From positions 4,464,001 through 4,528,000 of the forward strand of contig OX597816.1 of assembly GCA_951406725.2 (NCBI GenBank): a stretch of 64,000 nucleotides of DNA. Direction: 5' to 3'. This document shows positions 53,290 through 64,000 of this stretch, in pieces; within the stretch, counting starts at the first letter, position 1; every line of letters starts with the position of its first letter. The notes below the pieces were generated by a model. The model did not search any database and was not told where the DNA came from. It saw only the letters and a list, made by a program, of their open reading frames with translations. The position numbers and the translations under genes are program-made. The DNA comes from Octopus vulgaris (Eukaryota).

Positions 53290-53968
53290 GTTCTTGAACT
53301 TCTTAGGCTGAAATCGATATTTCATCTCAGTTATAGCTCGATACCGTGTTGAACGAAAATCACCAGACGACCCTGCGACATATTCTCCAATAATTCTTCA
53401 TCCATTTAAGCTTTTTGAATGGACATTTCATCTCTCGACGCTCACTGTGCAGGCAGACATCGTGAAATGATTCAGAGAGGTGCACACATATTTGGAATGG
53501 TTTTTCTGTCTTTTAGCTGCATATTTTGTCCAATAAATCGATGACTTTAAGTTGTGATTCCTCAAAGCCGCTACGGTGTGTCACTGTTTATTCAATGATT
53601 AATTCATTGGAAAGTTCTTTGCCATTTACATCAGCATTGTAAATTTCTGCGAATGACACTCACTTCGCGGTCAAAAGATTTTCCGATATAGACAGGAATC
53701 GCCAGAGGAACGAGCAACAGGAATGAGAAATGTTCTTTTCTGCTTCAAATATTCTTGTTAAACCATCAATGACAGAATCAAACAATGACATAAAAAATAA
53801 AAAAAACATAAATTCACGAAATAATGAGTCTGCTATTGTGCCAGAATCTTTTGCATGGCTTTCATCAATTGGGTGGTTCTTAAAGATACTCACACACACA
53901 CACACACTTACGTACGTACACACAGACACACACACACTCTCTCATATACGGGCACGTACTAAAAAAAC

Positions 53969-54029
<61 letters not shown>

Positions 54030-55020
54030 CACATATATATATATACACATACATATATAAATATATATAAACATAGATATATGCATATATGTATATATAC
54101 ACATACATATATGCATATATACGCACATACACACACATACATGTGTGTATGTGTGTGTGTGTGTGTGTTTGTGTTGCGTTTCTTTCATTTACTTGAAGTT
54201 CCGTTTCATTTTAGTGCAACATGTTTTAATTCTGCCAGTGGAATCTCGAATTCATCTCACAGTTTCTACAAGTTTTTGGTGACGAGTTCAATCCTACCCG
54301 CTTCCTTATCAGCAGTGGTGCCAACTGCAACCTCTAACACAACGCCATGATGTTACAATATCGAACTAAATGCATGACATGAATGTATTTCTACAACAGG
54401 ACACGTATTCAACCCGTCCTTTTGCTGCATTTTTAATCGTTGGCGACAGAATTAGTTTCATAAATTTTTCGGAGTTCATTTTCTGTCAATAAGAATTGAT
54501 GGAAAAGATTTCATGGAATCGGTCCCGGTTGACCACCGGTTACTGAGCATATGACGCAATAACTGACAGCCTGCAATTGTCAGAAGAATTTACCATCTTT
54601 TTGGATGAACGATATATAGACTCTCAATAGTTTTGAAATAAGTTTGCCATTTATTACTGCAATCTAATGAATCGGTGCCGCACAAATTCAATCTACATCA
54701 ACCAGATAACAAGAAAATAGCGAAAATATCGAGTAATTCTTTCTCGTACTTAGTGGCCATATTAGCAGCGCCGTCATTTCCTTGACCTTCACAATTTGCC
54801 AAAAGAATGCTATTTTTATTCAAAGTTTCCTTTATTAGGTTTGTAATGTCAGAACATTTTTCTCATAACATTCTTCAAAAGATACAAATCTTTCTTGTAA
54901 CTTAAAGACAATTCATACTTTGAAGGAATCGTATGATCGATGTTGCCTGTTTGACATGAGTAGCATCAGGTATTGCATCGATTATTATTTAATATTGTAT
55001 TTTTACCTTTGATCTTTCAG
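53290..55020 (-). pseudogene. Heavily decayed hAT-superfamily (ZMYM1-like) transposase, split by a microsatellite at about 53890-54170
   Basis: Minus-strand remnants: IIIDAIPDATHVKQ (cf. DxTPDxSH), CEGQGNDGAANMATKY (cf. GQxYDGAxNM), LNLCGTD, FDSVIDGLTRIFE, and MSQGRL near the C-terminal dimerisation region. Many stops and frameshifts. Confidence 0.75.
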
Positions 55021-55671
55021 AGAATATGTGATTCAAAACGACATCAGGTCAAAAGGAAATAAATTCATTTCGCGATTCAAATGACAAATAATCTGCTGGC
55101 AACCTTTCTCCTTTTCTCGTGTTTTCTTTGATCTTCCCGGTCTGAATTTCAAGTCCGGAATCCTAATGAAACAAAAGATCAAGGAAACCAAGGAAGTTAC
55201 AACTGTAAACATCGTCAATCAGAAAGCGACCCTCCTCCCCTTTCACCCCAATGCAATAAAATGGCTCGTATAAATAACCACGTATAATCCGTTATGCAAT
55301 CATAAACAACCCTTTATTTTATATTCACGGCTCTGTCGGGTTATGTACGACGCCTCGAGAAATATACTAGTTTTAAAATGTCACGACGCATTCTAGCCCC
55401 CAGCAGCAAAAACATTAATGAAAAATGTTCTGTAAATGGAAACATTTACAGAACATGTTCCGCACTAATGAGAAAGAATTCTAAATATCAGATAAAACAA
55501 AGTATGTTATAATTAAGACATCTAAATTAATATAAAAAGAAAACATCGTCACGAGAATAAACTTTAACGTTTTAATTATTACAAAACTTGTCAGTTACAG
55601 ATCAGCATACCGTAAGAAATATTTAACTTTTAAACCGAATGACTTTACTCAGAAACTGGGTTACGTCTTAC

Positions 55672-56015
55672 TACTTGTAGGATTTGGGAGCGTTAACTCA
55701 GGCTGTTTAACCATGTTGCTCGATTTTCCGAGTTGGACTTTCTGTGTTGTCTTCACTGCGGATCCGGCTGGATTGGCGGCTAGTGTTGGTTGACCACATA
55801 CTACGTGGTGATGGCAGATGATGAGGTATCTCACCAAGATGAGGACTGAGTGAGATTCTGCTTGACGGATCTCCCTGGAGAGCCCAGGAATATACCGATA
55901 AGTGATGAACGCAACAGCGCACTGCAAACGCGTGTGCACCCCGCCTGACCTGAAACCGAATATTGTCAACCGCAAGCGAACACACGACCAGCTGTTCCAC
56001 TCTTTTAATATAGTT
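55672..56015 (-). other. GC/CpG-richer island with a TATA-like box; candidate first exon (MVKQPELTLPNPTS, phase-1 donor)
   Basis: Minus strand: ctatattaaaag near 56010, agcaacATGG at 55714, GTA|gtaaga at 55672/55671. No homology recognised. Confidence 0.25.
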
Positions 56016-56299
56016 TGAAGGTGCTAGAACTCTTGCCACGAATGCATTTTCACTTTAGGATTGGTTCTTGAAACTATGAGGGGTGAAGAGAAATGATGGA
56101 GAGAGACAGGGGTAAGATAACTGGGATTAATTGATGGGTGGAAAGCTAGACGTAATGCAGGAGAAGGACAAAGAGGAAAAAGGATGGAGAAAGACAAAAT
56201 TTATAACTCTTGCTGGGTCGATCCTGTAAACTCGAATTTCACTAGTTTGTTTTGCCATTTATGTTATTTTGAGAGTTATATAATTAATATATTTGATAG

Positions 56300-56680
56300 T
56301 GTGGAGGCACAATGGCCCAGTGGTTAGGGCAGCGGACTCGCGGTCATAGGATCGTGGTTTCGAATCCCAGACCGGGCATTGTGAGTGTTTATTGAGTGAA
56401 AACACCTAAAGCTCCGCGAGGCCTCGGCAGGGGGGGGGGCGAACCCTGCTGTACCTTTTCCCCACAACTTTCTATCACTCTTTCTTCCTATTTCTGTTGT
56501 ACCTGTATTTCAAAGGGGCCAGCCTTTTCACATTCTGTATCACGCTGAATCTCCCCTAAGAACTACGTTAAGGGTACACGTGTCTGTGGAGCGCTCAGTC
56601 ACTTGCATGTTAATTTCACGGGCAAGCTGTTCCGTTGATCGGATCAACTGGGACCCTCGTCGTCGTAACCGACGGAGTGC
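56300..56680 (+). mobile_element. SINE family B
   Basis: gtggaggcacaatggcccagtgg...gacggagtgc. Confidence 0.9.
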
Positions 56681-56722
56681 AATATGTGACAGTCAGTGAA
56701 TGAGTGAATTGTGTGTGTGTGT

Positions 56723-56753
<31 letters not shown>

Positions 56754-56888
56754 CGTGCGTTTAAGGCTACTTAGCATCAGCCATGCATTACCTAAAAGAA
56801 TGCATTAGCCATAGAATACAATAAAAGACAACACAATACCTATGAGAATACATTCTTCGATGTGTACATACATACATAGTTCATATAC

Positions 56889-56920
<32 letters not shown>

Positions 56921-56987
56921 ATATACATGTAATACATCATATATTTATATACATACATACACACACATACATACATAGTTCATTATT

Positions 56988-57019
<32 letters not shown>

Positions 57020-57154
57020 CATGTATTATATCACATATTTATATACATACATAGATCATATATATATATATATATGTATATGTATATATACATGTAATAC
57101 GTCATATATTTATATACATACATGCATACAGACATACACACACATACATAGTTC

Positions 57155-57209
<55 letters not shown>

Positions 57210-57661
57210 TACATCTTATATTTATGTACATACAAACATACACATACATGTGTGTTAATTTGTATATGTAGTTACATATACAGATATGTGTGTGTGTGTG
57301 TGTGTGTGTGTACACACGAACACGAACATACATACCTGTATACATACACACCTGTATACCTGTATACATACCTGTATGCATACACACACACACACACACA
57401 CATAGACATTGTTCGACGATGTATATGCATAAATATTGATAAGGCTTTGTGTTACCTGAGTGAGGTAAAGTAGTTTGGCAAAACTAATAACAATTAAAAG
57501 CAGTCAAGAATATGATAGACTCTTATATATTAATTATACATATTTGTACATAGGTGTACACACACTCACACATTCATTCATGCTCGCACGACGTCCGTTT
57601 GATCTGAAGTAATCATGAGAGAGGAAGACAGAGACGGAGAGAGAGAGAGGGAAGGAGATTG

Positions 57662-57694
<33 letters not shown>

Positions 57695-58017
57695 TTGATT
57701 AACAAATAGATTTCACATATCGATAAATAGATAATAGAACAGTGTGTGAGATTGTGTGATATAAATCACAGTTAGAGAGCGAACTGCATTTAATCCGTGT
57801 GTTTAAACCCCTCGAACACACAGCGAAAAAAAATCTGTCGTCGGCATTTCTTGAATGACGCCGTTGCTATGATGTTTGTTTGCATTGCGCATGTCCGTCG
57901 GACAGGTGCTCTCGTCGCCTCGCAGCGGTTGTAAACAATGATGTCTTGAAGGGAAGAAACGTACCACAAGATTAAAGTGGGAAAGACAAAGACAAGAACA
58001 AAACAAAAAAGACAGAC

Positions 58018-58074
<57 letters not shown>

Positions 58075-58230
58075 TTAATAAAAGAACACCAACGACAACA
58101 ACAACACTCTGACGAAGCAGTGAGGTGTTTGTGTTTACACAAAATTGTATCGATTCCGGCTTTCAAGTTTGCAGTTCTTCGTTCGATTTTGTTCCTTTCT
58201 TATCGATCAGTGCTTTTACAAACTGAAATC

Positions 58231-58245
58231 ATGTCTGTTCTTAAG
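58231..58245 (+). CDS. Candidate start-codon micro-exon (MSVLK) of an unidentified gene; exon probably 58211-58245
   Basis: Polypyrimidine acceptor ttgttcctttcttatcgatcag|, context aaatcATG, consensus donor AAG|gtaagc; CpG-rich stretch at 57820-57930 upstream. Confidence 0.35.
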
Positions 58246-58592
58246 GTAAGCTGATAATTTCTTTATCTAGATTAACGGATATGTGTGTATGTGTGTGTGT
58301 ATGTGTGTGTGGGGGGAGGGGTGTGTCTAAGACTATGTTTATTCCTTGTTATTGTATTTCTTGTACTTATTTGAACAAACACGTTCTGAGTTCGAATTCA
58401 ACCGCGATCAACTTTGATTTCCATCCTTCTGGAGTCGATAAAATTTCAGAGTAGTAATGAAGCATTAGAATTGATTCATGTTCTTAGAATTCACTGCACG
58501 AATCGTCGAAGAAGGCGAAGACCCTGAAGGGATGAAAAGCAAAGTGAAATCGATCTGAGTGTGGCAATTTCATCTCCGAACTATAAGAGACG

Positions 58593-58648
<56 letters not shown>

Positions 58649-59264
58649 ATTGTGATCGAAGGGGCTTCGGTTGTAGTCAATTGATTTTCTGATTCTCGTT
58701 TGATCAAATTTTGGGGTTGTGCTCAAGTGAACGCTGATACAAATTCTTATCGACCTGGTTGCGGGTAATTAGCAACAAATTCGACCCGAGACGAATTCTA
58801 ATCATTCCCCACCTCACCCACAAAACATGAGCTGATTCAGAGCTTTTCATTTTGGTAACTTTTTGTAACTTTTTTGTAATTTTTTTTTTCTTTCCAAACT
58901 TCAAATCTCGTTGGTGTAACAGAAGTCATTGTGGCGCTGCAAATGTAACCCAGTGGTTCTCTGAACTTCAAGACTAATTATCGCTTAACGAAACTAAATG
59001 CGTTGACCTCCATTTGTTTGTTTCTTTCTTTGTTTTTTTTTTTGTTTGTTTTTTTTTGCAGCTTTGTCTTTCAGTCGGTACAGGCAGGGCTAATTGTAGG
59101 GTTTAGGGTACAGTCGATGGGATCAAAACCAGTGTGTCACTTAAATGGGCGAAAAGGCAGAGTTGCCGGAACGGGAATTTGGTTGTGAAAGGGGAAAAAA
59201 GCAGATTAAAAACTTTCGTTAGCTGTTCACCCTTTGGCTCCCGCCTTATCCGATTTATTGCTGC

Positions 59265-59427
59265 TATTTCTTCTTCTCCTTCTTCTTCTTCTCCTCCTCC
59301 TCCTCCTCCTCCCCTCCTCTTCTTCTTCTTCTCCTCCCTCTCCTTTTCTTCTTCTTCTTCTTCTCCTCCTCCCCCTCCTCCTTTTCTTCTTCTTCTTCTT
59401 CTTCTTCTTCTCCTCCCTCTTCTCTTC

Positions 59428-59458
<31 letters not shown>

Positions 59459-59460
59459 CT
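59265..59460. repeat. (TCT)n/(CCT)n/(TTTC)n polypyrimidine tract
   Basis: Directly visible. Confidence 0.95.
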
Positions 59461-59711
59461 CAAGGTAAGATAAATATATCAGACCAGATTATAAAAGGAC
59501 CCGTTGTCGTTCGCCTGTTACTTGGAGGGACCCCTCCTCACCTCCCTTGTTTAAGTCAAAAACAGAATTCCTTGATAAAGAATCTTCGTCTTTTGGAAAC
59601 CGTTCTAGTTCTTAAATTCTGTCCGGTTATTTGCAGTTATGTCATACACACTTATTGACGTAAGATGGGTGAGGCCACAAGGGCTGTCACCATGGGTACA
59701 TAATTGTAAGG

Positions 59712-60105
59712 GGCGCAAAATGGTTGTGTTGTAAGTAGCTTGCTTACCAACCGCATGGTTCCGGGTTCAGTCCCACTGTGTGGCACCTTGGGCAAGTGTC
59801 TTCTACTATAGCCTCGGACCAATCAAAGCCTTGTGAGTGGACTTGGTAGACGGAAACTGAAAGAAGCCTGTCATGTATATATATATGTGTGTGTGCGTGT
59901 GTGTGTGTGTATGTTTGTGTATCTGTATTTGTTCCCACTCCATCATCGCGTGTCAACCGATGTTGGTGTGTTTACGTCCCCATAACTTAGTACTAGGCTT
60001 ACAAAGAATAAGTCCTGGGGCGGGGGTCGGTTTGTTCGACTAAAGGCGGTGCTCCGGCATGGCCGCAGTCAGGATGACTGAAACAAAAAAAAAGAATAAA
60101 AGAAT
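59712..60105 (+). mobile_element. SINE family D
   Basis: Homology to the other D copies. Confidence 0.88.
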
Positions 60106-60364
60106 AATAATAAATAAACAAAAGAGTACACTCTACTCGCAAATCTTGCCTTGCCCCAGAGACAGACAACCCTTGCTATGTCGCTGCGTGCACTTTATGT
60201 ACCCGTAAACTTATATAAATGATATCTGTCTAGTAGAAATTACCAAAAACTTTTATGAGCAGTTTCAAGTGAAGACATAACATTTCCTAACAGGTCTGGG
60301 CCTATTATCAGTTGAAAAAGGGCCAACATTTCCATATCTGACCTGAGCCTAAATAACAGTTTTA

Positions 60365-62290
60365 CATTTCTTTTATCATTTACTTGTCTTCGTCATTTGA
60401 CTGCGGCCATTCTGGGGCGCGTACCTTGAAGAATTCTTGGTCGAATGAATTAACCCCAGTACTTTTCAAAAGCCTGGTACTTATTCGGTTGGTATCTTTT
60501 GTCTTGTGGGTAGTAAAGAAATGGTTATTATGTCTGCCGCTACGTTCTGAGTTCAAATTCCGCTGAGGTCGATTTTGCCTATCAACTTTTCGGGGTCGAT
60601 AAATTAAGTACCAGTTGTGTACTGGAGTCGATCTAATCGACTGATGCCTTCCCCAAAAATTTCGGGCCTTGTACCTCGAGTAGAAAAGGATATTTGAAGT
60701 CAGAATATGGCCAGGCACCGGAACCAGCGTTTTAACGTCTTAACCATTTCGATTGGTACTTTCTGTTTTTTAATCGGCTCCCAAAAGGAGAAAAAGCAAA
60801 CATTACCCTAGTGAGATTCGAACGTAGAGCGCAGTCAGTCGGAAAAAATACAGTGAATCATTCCGATGATCTAATGACTCTGCCAATATCGTCGAAACTA
60901 AACCCTAAAGTCGTATATATTTCTTTACACAGAGGGGACAAACAAGGGAAGACAAATGGATTAAGTCGATTACATCGACCCAGTGCGAAACTGGTACTTT
61001 ATTTATCGACCCTGAAAGGATGAAAGGCAAAGTCGACGTCGGCGGAATTTGAACTCAGAACGTAACGGCAGACGAAATGCGGCTACGCATTTCGCCCGGT
61101 GTGTTAACGATTCTGCCAGCTCGCCAAAGACTCACTGGATTATATAACCCAAGGTCTTACAAATGGTTACGATACGTTTTAACATAAATCTATTCGATGA
61201 GGGCTGATTCGGTGATTGTCGTAAAATGTGTCTGATTTAGACTAGTAATTTCGAGGGAAAGCGTCAGTCGAAATCATCGATGCCCCCAATATAAAACGGG
61301 TATGTTATTTCGTCGCTATCGGAGGGATGAGATATAAAGTTGATCTCAGCGGGATATGAACTCTGTACATAGAATGCTAAAAGAAATTGTTTTTTCGACA
61401 CTCTAAAGGTTCTGCTAGTTAACAACCTTTGATTCCCTCAATAATTAGGGTTTCAAATTGTGGTGCAACACTTTTAGCAATTTTGGTGGAGCGGGCAAAT
61501 CAAGTGAATCGATTCCAGTACTCAACTGCTACTTACCTCATCGATACCGAAAAGATGAAAGGCAAAGTTGACTTCGACGGAATTAGAACTCAGAACGTAG
61601 CGGCAGGCGAAATACCTATTTCTTTACTACCCACAAGGGGCTAAACACAGAAGGGACAAACAAGGACAGACAAACGGATTAAGTCGATTATATCGCCCCC
61701 AGTGCGTAACTGGTACTTATTTAATCGACCCCGAAAGGATGAAAGGCAAAGTCGACCTGGGCGGAATTTGAACTCAGAACGTAACGACCGATGAAATACC
61801 GCTAAGCATTTTGTCCGGCGCGCTAACTATTCGGCCATCTCGCCACCTTGATGAATCCCTCAATAATAATAATTTCAAATTTTGGCACAAGGCCAGTCAT
61901 TTTATTGGGGTGGGGTGTAAGTCTATTACATTGACCCCCCCCCCCCCGTACTTGACTGATATTTATTTTATCAATCCCGAAAGAATGAAAAAGAAATTTA
62001 ACCTCGGCTAGATTTGAACTCAGAACATAAAGGGCCGGAAGAAATGCTACTAAGCATTTTGTCCGTCGCGCCGGTTCACGACCTTAATAATATTTCTTTT
62101 TAATTGTGGCACAAACCAGCAATTTAGAGGGGAAGGGCTAATCGTTTACTTCACTCTCAATTTTCAAAGGGAAAGGTATTTTATTGACCCCGAAAGAAAA
62201 AAAAAAAGTTAAGGTACAGTGACCTCAGACGAATTTGAACTCAAAATGCTAGAGTTTGTAACACGTGTTAGCGATTTTGCAAGCTCACCA
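60365..62290. mobile_element. Cluster of SINE pieces: D 3' end (-, 60365-60500); A copies at 60503-60690 (+), 60918-61126 (-), 61460-61848 (-), 61880-62085 (-) and 62105-62290 (-)
   Basis: Family A/D homology with variable decay. Confidence 0.82.
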
Positions 62291-62342
62291 CCTTCGCCAA
62301 TGCCATAATAAGAACAACCATGCCCCATAGCTTGTTTCTATC

Positions 62343-62411
<69 letters not shown>

Positions 62412-63033
62412 TCCCCTCTCCTCTAATGAGAAAAGTTCTTTCTATTCAAAGACGTGTTCCGACATGATTTATTTCAACCTTGTTGTTTACCTTTTCCTTT
62501 TGGTAAGCTCCGATAAACAAGCAGCAGCAGAGACACGATCTAGGTCACACTTCTAGATTCCTTTCCTCACACCTGAGACTATTTTAAACTTTTGTCATCA
62601 CCTCGGAAAAGACCTGCACCTCGCAGATTACCATTCTCTCAGAAATCCTAGTGAAAATGGTCCAATCTATTTGATGTCATGGCTGTGTGGTTAAGGTGCT
62701 TGCTTTGCGACCGCATGGTTTCGAGTTCAGTCCCATCTCGCAGCAATTTCGTTGGTCAACTATCTTGTTCTATCCTGGACCGAACTATCCCTTGTTAGTG
62801 AATTTGATTGACGGAAGCCCGCAGTACGCGCGCGCACACACACACACGAACACACGAACACACACACACATGCATACATATATATATATATGTAAATATA
62901 AGATCCAGTAATCAAAGTGTAGGAAGAAAGTTAGCTTCAAGCAATCTGTAGTAAATATAAAAAACAATTTTCAGGGACAATAATGGTTTAATGAGACGGA
63001 ATATCTATATCTATATATATAAGAAAACGGAAG

Positions 63034-63104
<71 letters not shown>

Positions 63105-63249
63105 TGTGTGTGTGTGTGTGTGTGGGTGTGTGTGTGTGTGCAGGCATTTTCCTTGTTCACCCCTTAAAATCAATATTTTTCCTCCATTTTCGTTCACGCT
63201 GGGAACACACATCACTTGTGTTCCAGAAATGGTCATAGACTCTTCAATT

Positions 63250-64000
63250 TTTCCACATAATGAATAATGCCGCCTGTTGGGCCCGAAAACACCTTCTCAT
63301 AGGTAAATAACAAATACCAACGATCCCTGCTTCAAGGAACATTACTCTTGGTGACGCAGTTATACTACTTTCACTTCGTTTTCTGCTACAGTTTTTACAA
63401 TGCCCATTCACTGCAAACTGCAGACATTTGCACAATATCACTTCCTTGGGGTAGTCATGCAACTTAGATCAACTTTTAATTATTCTTTTAAATGCCTTCA
63501 GAAAAATCATCCATATTACATCAGCTGACACTGTTACCGACTTCGATCAGGTTACACACTTTCCAACAAAATTTCTCAACTCCCAACATCCTCCAGGACT
63601 CCCTCCCACTGAATTTCGCTTAAAAGGCGGCTGCCCTGTCATCCTCCTACGCAATCTAAACGCACCCAGGCCCATGCAATGGAACTAGCTTTGTGATCAA
63701 ACAAATGATGGACCACGTCACTGAAGCCCAAATTATCACGGGACACGGCAAAAGCAATACCGTTTTTATTCCAAAATCTTTCACTAACCCCAACAGACTG
63801 CCCCTACCGTATGCACAAACTTCTGTTCCATCTCAAACTCAGCTTCACCATGACAATTAACAAAGCACAAGGTCAATCGCTAAAAGTTGTTGGATTAGAC
63901 CTTCAAACGTCATGCCTTTCACATGGAAGGTTCTACGTCAGTTGTTCCAGAGTTGGCCATCCAGACAACTCATTCATCTACGATCCTGAAGGAAAGCCCA
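63250..64000 (+). pseudogene. Helitron Rep/Hel PIF1-type helicase C-terminal fragment, frameshifted, running off the window
   Basis: FPTKFLNSQHPPGLPPTEFRLKGGCPVILLRNLNAP / CNGT / EAQIITGHGKSNTVFIPK / LSFTMTINKAQGQSLKVVGLDLQTSCLSHGRFYVSCSRVG. Confidence 0.9.

Noticed and set aside
55815-55840. Hammerhead-like AUGAUGA-GGU-aucuc-ACC-AAGA
   Set aside because: Both core boxes are mismatched and no stems I or III are evident.

Overview
Eukaryotic, AT-rich, very repeat-dense DNA, almost certainly intergenic or large-intron sequence. The SINE and microsatellite make-up resembles an octopus or other coleoid cephalopod genome (inference from pattern recognition, not a search). No intact protein-coding gene is recognisable, and nearly all supplied ORFs are artefacts of (TA)n/(TACA)n/(CA)n/(GATA)n tracts or SINEs. 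Supported content: (1) about 40 SINE copies in at least four families, labelled A-D here; (2) decayed coding fragments of a Penelope-like (PLE) RT, RTE and CR1/L2-type LINEs, RLE-type (R4/Dong-like) retrotransposons, a hAT transposase and a Helitron PIF1 helicase; (3) three non-autonomous Helitrons; (4) several PLE-type pseudo-LTRs and long hairpins carrying hammerhead-ribozyme cores; (5) two weak candidate host exons near 55.7 and 58.2 kb. Most notable observations: a SINE that builds ~184-bp tandem arrays through one fixed junction, apparently by inserting into its own relatives; a SINE at 17.4 kb carrying the flank of another copy 28 kb away; hammerhead-bearing palindromes; and RLE retrotransposons stacked in (TACA)n tracts. 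Coordinates were read by eye and may be off by a few bases.
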